Notes under the pieces: generated by a model
Seen by the model: the letters and a program-made list of their open reading frames with translations, nothing else
Told to the model about the DNA's origin: nothing
The model's database searches: none
Assembly: GCA_964626755.1 (NCBI GenBank)
Contig: CAZVGO010000016.1
Coordinates: 6,886-70,885, forward strand
Source: an uncultured Anaerolineaceae bacterium
GTDB lineage: Bacteria; Chloroflexota; Limnocylindria; Limnocylindrales; CSP1-4
Reading direction: 5' to 3'
DNA: 64,000 nt
In this document: positions 57,145-64,000 of the stretch, piece after piece
Layout of the letters: every line of letters begins with the position of its first letter
Position numbering within the stretch: the first letter of the stretch is position 1
Made by a program: the position numbers and the translations under genes

Positions 57145-58478
57145 ACCGCCCAGTCGACGAGACCCGTCCAGATGACGTGGCGCGTCAGCGATCCGTCGAA
57201 TATCTGGCCGAACACGATGACCCGGTTTGGCTGTGTCGGGCTCTGGATCAGTGCGAAGATCGCCACGTCTGGAATCGCCGCTGGCGCGCGCCAGGTTGTT
57301 TCGCCGGGTCCGCGCAGCCAGACGAGGCTCCCCGGCTGGCCCGGGTCCGGACCGACCTGGCCGGTGCCGGCGGCGACGGACCCGCCTCCGACGACGAGGT
57401 GGTCGACGACTCGGGCGTTATCCGGTGCCGGCGGCGGATCGACCGATCGCCACGCACCGGCCGTCTCATCCGCCGCCCACGCCTTGACTTGCATCGGCGC
57501 ATCTGCGAGGGGGTATTCCCCGAAGGCCGCGAAACCACCGTCCGTGCGATCCATCGCCGTCACCCAGACATCCTCGAGGCCCGGCGGCGGATCGGCCGGC
57601 TGCCAGTCCGTTCCGTCGACGCTGAGCCACCACGCGGAAGGGACGGGCGGGCAAATGGCGCACGCGTGTCCCCACGCGAGGAAGGCGCCGTCCAATGGGA
57701 GCAGGTTCGTCGGGGAGCCACCCTGGTCGCCCGCGATCGGTGGACCCGCCTGCCACGTCGTGCCGTCCGCCGACCACCAGGCCCTGAAGCCGCCGAAGGT
57801 CGGAAACACCTGGCTCCCGACGGCGATGACGCGGTCGTTCGTGGCCAGCAACGCGGTGACCGTGGAATCGGCCGCCGACGGCGGCGAGAACTGAGTCCAG
57901 CCGCCGCCGTCGCGAAGCCAAATGGATGCCTGGCTCCGGTCGCCCTGTCCGACACTGCCCACCGCCAGGGTGCCGAATCGCGACAACGACACAGCAGAGA
58001 TCGTGCCCCGCGTGGCGGTGGGAGGGAGAGAGACGGGACCGGCCGTCCGCCACGCGATCCCTTCGGCCGACTCCCAGATGGCCGGCAGATCGCAGCGCTC
58101 CGCATTGACGATGCAGCCAAGGCCGAAGAACCGGTCCCCCACGGTGACAACCGAGTGGACCACCCCGCCGGCGAGCCCGTCTTGCGGCGGGAGCTGCTGC
58201 CATTCGGCGAGACCGGCCGGAGGCGGTTGCGATGGGTCCGGGACGAGCGAGCCGGACACCGCGGGGCTCGACGGTCGGGCGGTCGCGGGCGACGTCGTGG
58301 GGCTCGGTGCCACGCTGCACGCGGCCTGCCCGAAGCCGAGCGCCAGTGCGACGATCACGCGCACGAAGCGACCCGTCGATCTCGTCATTGGCCCCTCGGC
58401 CCTCCGGAAGGAAGGTACCACCCCGGTATCGCGCCACCTCTCCCGTAGACTGCCGCCGATGAACCACACGCCCGACAC
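57141..58478 (-). CDS. BNR/Asp-box repeat lipoprotein (beta-propeller), paralogue B
   Basis: Lipobox GQAAC. Asp-boxes WESAEGIAWRT, WWSADGTTWQA, WLSVDGTDWQP. 4-nt overlap with paralogue A and collinear with it. Confidence 0.6.
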   Translation of the reverse strand: MSGVWFIGGSLRERWRDTGVVPSFRRAEGPMTRSTGRFVRVIVALALGFGQAACSVAPSPTTSPATARPSSPAVSGSLVPDPSQPPPAGLAEWQQLPPQDGLAGGVVHSVVTVGDRFFGLGCIVNAERCDLPAIWESAEGIAWRTAGPVSLPPTATRGTISAVSLSRFGTLAVGSVGQGDRSQASIWLRDGGGWTQFSPPSAADSTVTALLATNDRVIAVGSQVFPTFGGFRAWWSADGTTWQAGPPIAGDQGGSPTNLLPLDGAFLAWGHACAICPPVPSAWWLSVDGTDWQPADPPPGLEDVWVTAMDRTDGGFAAFGEYPLADAPMQVKAWAADETAGAWRSVDPPPAPDNARVVDHLVVGGGSVAAGTGQVGPDPGQPGSLVWLRGPGETTWRAPAAIPDVAIFALIQSPTQPNRVIVFGQIFDGSLTRHVIWTGLVDWAV

Positions 58479-58730
58479 GTTCCGGACGGTGATGGGCCAC
58501 TTCGTGACCGGCGTCGGTCGTCACAGCGGTAGACGCTCACCGGCCACAGGGCATTACAGTCAACGCGCCTCAGCTCCGTCTCGCTCGAGCCCCCGCTCGT
58601 GATGGTCGCCCTCGATCGGCGCCGGTTCATCACTCCTACGGTTCGTCACGCGGGCCGCTTCGCGGTCAACATCCTGGCCGAGGACCAGCAGGCGCTCTCG
58701 GACTGCTTTGCGGGCGCGGACGTGACCCTA
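58449..58730 (+). pseudogene. flavin reductase-like (FMN-binding split barrel) gene remnant with two apparent frameshifts
   Basis: Frame A gives MNHTPDTFRTVMGHFVTGVG. Frame B gives ...GITVNA. Frame C gives SSVSLEPPLVMVALDRRRFITPTVRHAGRFAVNILAEDQQALSDCFAG. Together these rebuild the conserved flavin-reductase N-terminal half. The C-terminal half is absent or overlapped by the convergent gene. Confidence 0.45.
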
Positions 58731-60119
58731 TCGTTGCCCGACGAACTCTCCGGCCGGCGAAAAGACGAGCGTCTCGTGCTCCGGGTCTTCGCAGGACGGC
58801 TCGCAGATGGCGACGTCGGCGACGAGCCGGCCGCGTTCGTCGACCGCGAGGTGGGTCGCGCGGGTGTGCTCCCCGAGTCCGACGGGCCAGCCGCGGACGA
58901 CCGCGCCCGCAGCATCGATCGCGGTGAGCGAGCCTTCCGCGAGTGCCACGTAGAGGGTCCCGTCGGGCCCGAATGCGGGGCGGATGAGACCGGCGCACGG
59001 CACGTCGCCCATCCGGCACGGGGTCTCCACCTCGCCACCGAGTGGCACCGGCCAGCCGCGCGCGACGTCGCCGTCCAGATCGAGGACGATGGCGTGATCC
59101 TGACCATCGGAGATCGGAAGAAGGAATACGAGTCGTCCGCCCGGAGCGAGCTCCGGCGCCACCGGCGACGGCAGCTCGTAGGGCCACCCGTCGGCGTTCG
59201 TGCCGTCGGCGAGGAGTCGCCACGCGTTGCCGGACGTGCTCGTAAACGCGATCGACCCATCGCCAAGGATGACCCCGTGTGACGCGGCGCCGACCGATCC
59301 GCGTGGCCAGCCCGGACGGACGGCACCGTCCTCGCCGTACATGGCAAATTCGGTCCTCGCGGCAGCCAGCTCGATCCTCGGCTCGACGCCTTCGTAGCCC
59401 CAGGCGAGAGTCCGACCGTCCGACCCAATCGCGAAGCCTCGGCAGCCGTTGCCGCCGATCCCATCGACCCCGGGCGGATCGCCCGGGAACGGCTGAGGCC
59501 ATCCGGCGACGCGGCGACCTTCGGGCGTCAGGACGTGGAGGCGCGCTGCGGTCTCGTCCGCGACTGCGACGACGATCGTCCCGTTGGGCTTGATGGCAAG
59601 GGACGAGCCTTCATCCCCGCAGCCAACCGTAAAGCGGTTCTCGTAGACGGATGCCGTCGAGCCCGGCAGCGAGAGCGGCCAGCCGGCGACCGCGTTCGCC
59701 CCGACATCGAAGGCGTGAACGAGCATGCCGTCCGGACTGTCGCACGCGGCATAGGCCACGCCGCCCGGCGACTTTGCCGTCCCGCGGCACCGCCCGGGCA
59801 GGAGGACGGGCCAGCCAGGCTCGTCACCGGCCGGTTCCGGGACCTAGGTGACGCGGCACGCATCGTCGCCCGAGCAGTCGAGGGCGTGCCACTCGACGCC
59901 GTCGGTCGGGAACCCGTTGGTCGGCAAGGCGGCCGACGGGGTCGGCAGCGAGCCCGAGGGAGACACTTCGAGTGTCGCTGCGGGCGATGCCGACGATGGT
60001 GGAGGCCCGGACGGTCCCGGGCGGACCGATGGCGCAGGCGCGACCGTGCACGATGCGAGCAGGGCAGCAAGCAGGATCGTCCCGACCCTGATACGGCGGG
60101 AGGGCGGGGCCGAAGGCAT
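58728..60119 (-). pseudogene. GWP-repeat beta-propeller lipoprotein interrupted by an in-frame TAG at 59844..59846
   Basis: 59847..60119 encodes a signal plus lipobox (ILLAALLASCTVAP) and linker. After the TAG the same frame continues, VPEPAGDEPGWPVLL..., into the 343-aa ORF with repeated GWP motifs. Confidence 0.55.
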
Positions 60120-60409
60120 ACGACGGACCTCGTGGGGCGTGCGAACGCTGATGAGACGCGCAAACCCCGGTCAGCGTGGCACGGATGCGCGACGGCTATT
60201 GGGGCGAGGCTAACTAACGCTAGAGGTCCAGTCTTGTCTGGTCGCCCTTCGTCGTGCGTCGCCGCCTCGGCTCGTCTCCAGCCTTTCGGCTGCCTTCGAT
60301 AGCCGGGTACGAGCTGAACTTACAGGTTTGCCCAGTGTCGAACTGGACGGTTGCCATGTGCCGTCGGCCCTGGCACGTAGGTCGCCCTTGCGCGACTCGA
60401 GGGCCGCGG

Positions 60410-61510
60410 TCACAACATCGTCGATCGGAGGAACCGGCAGGCCCGCAGGGTGACCCACTTGCTGGGGTGTCCCTGGGGCTCGAAGTCGACCCAGGTCTTG
60501 CCGTTGTAGGCGTACTCGTTGCGCCATCGTCCCTGCCCGTCCTGCTTCGCGAGCAGCCACTCGGTAACCCGTTGAAGGCGCGCGTCTCCGCCGTATCCCA
60601 GCTCGGCCAGGACCTCGGCGTTCTGGAGGACGTCTGTCACGTAGGCCGACGGGAAGCCGAGCCTGAACCAGGAACGGTTGGGCTTCGTGTTGCCCCAGCC
60701 CGCGGGGTAGTCGGCATCGGCCGGATCGCGGCTCAGCAGGAAGCCCACGCCCTGCTCGATGGCCCGCGCTACGAGCGGCGAGCGCTCGGCCATGGGAATC
60801 CGGGCCAGGCCGCCGATCGCCTTGACCGCACCCCAGGCGCAGGGCAGCTTCTCGTTGGCGGCGCACGCGAAGCCCGGACCGCAGGTCCCGGAAGCGTACC
60901 AGCGCTCCATGCCCTCCCCTGTGATCGCCCGCGCCTGCCAGTCGGCCGCGGCAGCGAGCCGTTCATCGCCAAGCCAGCCGAAGCCGATCAGGGCCCGCAG
61001 CAGGTTGCCGTTGAGGCAATGGATGACCGCGGACAGCGGCGGTGGGTCGTCGCCTGCCCTTCCGGACGCACCGAAGCCGCCGCTGGCGGCGGGCGTATGG
61101 TCGAGGACGTAGTTGCAGGCGCGCCGCACGCGCTCATCGCGTCCGTCCGCGCCGAGCTGGTCGAGGAAGATCACCTGCCACACGGTGCCCCGGTACTTGG
61201 TCGCGTACCCGGGTCCGGGCTTCTCCCACCAGCCGTCCGGGTGCTGACCCGCCAGGATCGCGGCGATCGGGTCGGCGGCCATCGCGGCCCGTTGACTCTC
61301 CACGACCTCCCGGTCATCCGCAGGACGGTCGAGCAGCTGCACGAGCGCCAGGTGGCGCACGGCCGGGTTGGCTGGATCGAGCAGCCAGTCCGTGGGGTCG
61401 GCACGGAGCGCCCTGCGCCACCCGGCCACGGCCGGCGGTTCGACGGGGGTTTCGCCCTCGGGCGGATGCGCCGGCATGTTCGGACTGCAGGATCGGATCG
61501 CCATCGACAA
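60410..61510 (-). CDS. hypothetical protein, possibly alpha/alpha-toroid (prenyltransferase/terpene-cyclase-like) fold
   Basis: 366 aa, Trp-rich with repeated aromatic/Gly blocks (QHPDGWWEK, GTCGPGFACAANEKLPCAWG). Family assignment is uncertain. Confidence 0.4.
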   Translation of the reverse strand: MSMAIRSCSPNMPAHPPEGETPVEPPAVAGWRRALRADPTDWLLDPANPAVRHLALVQLLDRPADDREVVESQRAAMAADPIAAILAGQHPDGWWEKPGPGYATKYRGTVWQVIFLDQLGADGRDERVRRACNYVLDHTPAASGGFGASGRAGDDPPPLSAVIHCLNGNLLRALIGFGWLGDERLAAAADWQARAITGEGMERWYASGTCGPGFACAANEKLPCAWGAVKAIGGLARIPMAERSPLVARAIEQGVGFLLSRDPADADYPAGWGNTKPNRSWFRLGFPSAYVTDVLQNAEVLAELGYGGDARLQRVTEWLLAKQDGQGRWRNEYAYNGKTWVDFEPQGHPSKWVTLRACRFLRSTML

Positions 61511-61666
61511 CCTCCAGGCGAACGCTAGCCACTGCGAGTGTGGGGCGGCGAGTGCCGAACGTCGTTCGGGCGCGGGCCGTTCGGCCGCCCCGCGGGTCGC
61601 GACGAGGGCCCATAGGCGTTCTGGCGGGCGAATTCGGGCGGTTCGGGCCTTCCGCGCGAGGGGGCC

Positions 61667-62773
61667 ATGGGGTATGGGTTGGTTGTGTCAGCACCCCGGA
61701 TTCGCCGCACGTTCCTCGCGTTCGCTGTCGTCTCGACACTGCTGGCGAGCTGCACCGGGGCTTCCACGGTCACGCCCCCTCCGCGGCCCACTGCGCCCAG
61801 CGCCGTCGTGTCCGCCAGCCCCGGGCCCTCGCCGACGGCCAGCGCGACGCTTGCTCCGTCGGCGAGCCCCAACCCGCCGCCATTGGGGCCTGGTGACAGC
61901 GCCTATGTCTCGGTCGTCGTCGCGACGGGGTGGCGCGAGCCAGGCTCGGCCCGGCTGGTGGACGCGCCTGCGCTGGCGCAACCGGTGTCGATCCGCGAGT
62001 GGCTTGGGTCCCTGAGCCGGGCCGACCAGGAGGGCCTGATTGGCCGCGCGGACACGCAGATGCTCCTCGGTGAGCCCGTGCGGGTGACCGAGGTCCGTGG
62101 CAGCTGGATCCGGGTCACGGTGCCCGCCCAGTCGACGCCGCTCGACCCGCTCGGCTATCCCGTCTGGATGCCCGCCCGGCAGCTGACGGCCACCGCGCCC
62201 CCGGCCACGACGACCAGGGCCACGGTCACGACGCCGACGGCCTGGCTCGAGGATGGCGGTGGTCGTCGCCAGCTGGAGCTGAGCTTCGGAACCCGGCTGC
62301 CGGTGGTGTCGAGCGGCGACGGTCGGATCGAGGTGTCTCTGCCGGACGGCCGCCGGCTGTGGATCCCGTCTGCGGCCGTCGCCGTTGGCCCCGCCGAGAG
62401 GCCCGCTCGAGCACCCACGGCGACGTCGATCGTCGAGACGGCCCGTGGGTTCCTCGGGACCCGCTACCTGTGGGCGGGGACGTCCGGCTTCGGCTTCGAC
62501 TGCTCGGGCCTCGTCTACGCCGTGTACCGGCTGCACGGGATCGACCTGCCGCGCGACAGCGCCCCGCAGTCGACTGCTGGACATGCGGTGGCCAGGGCGG
62601 ACCTCCGTGCGGGCGACCTCGTGTTCTTCGGGAGTGGCGGCCGCGTCCGCCACGTCGCGATCTACGCAGGCGGGGGCAGGATCATCGAGTCGCCGTTCGT
62701 GGCCGGCGAGATCCGCGAAGCGGAGCTCGCCGGCCGGGAGGGGTACGTCGGCGCTCGGCGCGTGCTGCCGTAG
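61667..62773 (+). CDS. NlpC/P60 family peptidoglycan endopeptidase lipoprotein with SH3-like N-terminal domains
   Basis: Lipobox LLASCTG. Catalytic Cys motif FDCSGLVYAVY. Downstream His HVAIYAGGGRIIESP. Confidence 0.85.
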   Translation: MGYGLVVSAPRIRRTFLAFAVVSTLLASCTGASTVTPPPRPTAPSAVVSASPGPSPTASATLAPSASPNPPPLGPGDSAYVSVVVATGWREPGSARLVDAPALAQPVSIREWLGSLSRADQEGLIGRADTQMLLGEPVRVTEVRGSWIRVTVPAQSTPLDPLGYPVWMPARQLTATAPPATTTRATVTTPTAWLEDGGGRRQLELSFGTRLPVVSSGDGRIEVSLPDGRRLWIPSAAVAVGPAERPARAPTATSIVETARGFLGTRYLWAGTSGFGFDCSGLVYAVYRLHGIDLPRDSAPQSTAGHAVARADLRAGDLVFFGSGGRVRHVAIYAGGGRIIESPFVAGEIREAELAGREGYVGARRVLP

Positions 62774-62828
62774 CGCGCGCCCGATCTATGACCAGGCAAC
62801 GGCACGGGCGCCGGCGGACGTTGAGTCG

Positions 62829-63781
62829 TCAGCTCAGGAGCTCGTCGAGGCTGACGAGCGCGAAGCCCGCCTCCCGGAGGCCGGCCACGATCCGCGGCAG
62901 CGCCTCGTAGGTCTCGTAGCCCCCGAGATGCATCAGGACGATGGATCCGCCCTGCGCCCGGTCGAGGACTTTCGCCACGATCTGATCGGCGGTCGGACCG
63001 GGCGGGTCGTTCTTGATCGGCCGCCAATCGATCGTGTCGATGTCCCAGGTGACCGTGTATCGGTAGCCCGCCGCGCCGACCGCAGCGAGGACGTCGGCGT
63101 CGTAGCCGCCGTTGGGCGGTCGGAAGAACGGCCGCAGATCCTGCGAGCAATACGGCGCAATCGCGGCTTCGGTCCGTCGTAGCTCATCCCGGATCTCGGC
63201 CGCGGTCAGCGTCCGGAAGTCGCGGTGCGTGTACGAGTGGTTGCCGAGCGTGAAGAGCTCGGGGTGCGCCTCGACGATCGCCAGCACCTGGCGGCCGGCG
63301 TCCGTGTTCGGGTTGTCGGCCATGGCGCCGGTCATGTAGATCGAGGCGTGGACGTCATGCTCGACGAGCCAATTCACGATCGCGAGCGCGTCGCCGACGC
63401 GACCACCCATGTCGAGCGTGAGCGCGACTTCGAGGCCGGATCTCGAGCCGTGGGTGATCAGGCGACTCGACACGGGCGTCGGAGTCGGCGTGGGCGTCGG
63501 CCGCTCGGTTGGCGTTGGTGTGGGCGCCGCGGTCGGGCGGGGCGTCTGTGTCGGGGTGGGCGTCGGGCTGGGCGCGGGCGAGGGGGACGCGGTGGGCGTG
63601 GGAGCGGCTGTCGCCGACGGTGCCACCGACGCGGTGATTGCGGGCGTGCTCGAAACCGTGGGCACGACGGTCGCGGGCGGAGACGCGGCGGGCCCGATTG
63701 AGCAGCCGACCACGGATGTCGTGGCGGCCAGGATCGCAAGCGCCCGCCAGGCGCGCCGCCGGATCGTGGACAGATGAGCCA
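62829..63781 (-). CDS. polysaccharide deacetylase (NodB homology domain) lipoprotein with Pro/Thr-rich linker
   Basis: Signal/lipobox VVGCS. Linker TPTPTQTPRPTAAPTPTPTERPTPTPTPTP. NodB motifs TLDMGG, HSYTHRDF, LMHLGG. Confidence 0.85.
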
Positions 63782-64000
63782 TCAGCCCAAGGCTAGGCGC
63801 CCGAACGCCTGCCAGCCACGGCGAAACGGCAGGAATCGGTGGGTCAAACAGCCTCTTCACGATAGAGAAGTCGGCGGCCGACCGCGCGGGGCAACAACCG
63901 GCTCGGCTACCGACTATTGACCTGCCCGGAAGGGGCCGTTCGGCAGGCGAATCCCTCAGTCAGATTGAGACAGTTCTGGCTGAGATGGCGTACCTGGCCC

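Noticed and set aside
58599-59282. 227-aa plus-strand ORF as an intact flavin reductase
   Set aside because: Only its first ~45 residues match the flavin-reductase core. The remainder is antisense to the GWP-repeat lipoprotein gene and not family-like. Treated as part of the pseudogene remnant.
60190-60360. Lower-GC pocket with CTAACTAACGCTAGAGG, considered as a possible small RNA or att site
   Set aside because: No convincing structure or repeat partner was found. It is more simply the promoter/5' region of the lipoprotein gene (58728..60119, minus strand), whose start at 60119 lies just before this pocket.

Overview
This is a very high-GC (~70%+) chromosomal window, most likely actinobacterial. 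It is densely coding with many overlapping start/stop junctions.

Part 1 - what is in the window:
- Two tRNAs: tRNA-Glu(CUC) on the minus strand at 1723..1799 and tRNA-Gln(CUG) on the plus strand at 55672..55746.
- A long co-directional operon at 4230..19514. It runs: a large secreted/membrane protein, an ABC-2 exporter (ATPase plus permease), a membrane coiled-coil protein with a collagen-like GQP/GQ repeat, MoxR AAA+ ATPase, DUF58, two VWA proteins (one BatA-like), and two paralogous lipoproteins.
- A 2-oxoacid dehydrogenase cluster at 26654..35143 (lipA, E2, E1-beta, E1-alpha, lpd) that is interrupted by a YcaQ-like gene and three tandem DUF1801 paralogues.
- A glpK-glpD block (36745..39967), followed by nnr and mutY.
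- A pair of dynamin-like GTPases (49203..52873) with hydrophobic C-terminal hairpins, divergent from an orphan GAF histidine kinase.
- Assorted housekeeping and accessory genes: plsY, acyl-CoA dehydrogenase, an acs-like ligase, adenosine deaminase, ALDH, ArsB/NhaD and MFS transporters, NlpC/P60, polysaccharide deacetylase, a sortase-like protein.

Part 2 - most notable observations:
- The ABC-2 / MoxR-DUF58-VWA operon is the best candidate for an undescribed system; individual parts are known but this combination is not one I recognise.
- A 19-nt imperfect direct repeat of the tRNA-Glu 3' end lies about 1.2 kb away, flanking a lone alpha/beta hydrolase gene (att-like mini-island).
- An integrase remnant sits immediately 3' of tRNA-Gln and is followed by decayed genes: a flavin-reductase fragment with two apparent frameshifts, and a beta-propeller lipoprotein interrupted by an in-frame TAG. 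This looks like a degraded genomic island.
- A hexanucleotide tandem-repeat tract encodes the (GQP)n/(GQ)n segment.
- A recurrent extended -10 motif, GGTGCTAG(C/A)YT, sits 6-10 nt upstream of three start codons, consistent with leaderless transcripts.
- A zinc-ribbon gene has a Gly/Tyr low-complexity linker and an 8-bp anti-SD hairpin in its 5' UTR.

Coordinates taken from the ORF track are exact. Start sites I refined by hand-counting may be off by 1-2 nt, because my line counting drifted by about 1 nt around position 6700. Domain and family calls rest on recognising conserved motifs by eye, not on a database search.
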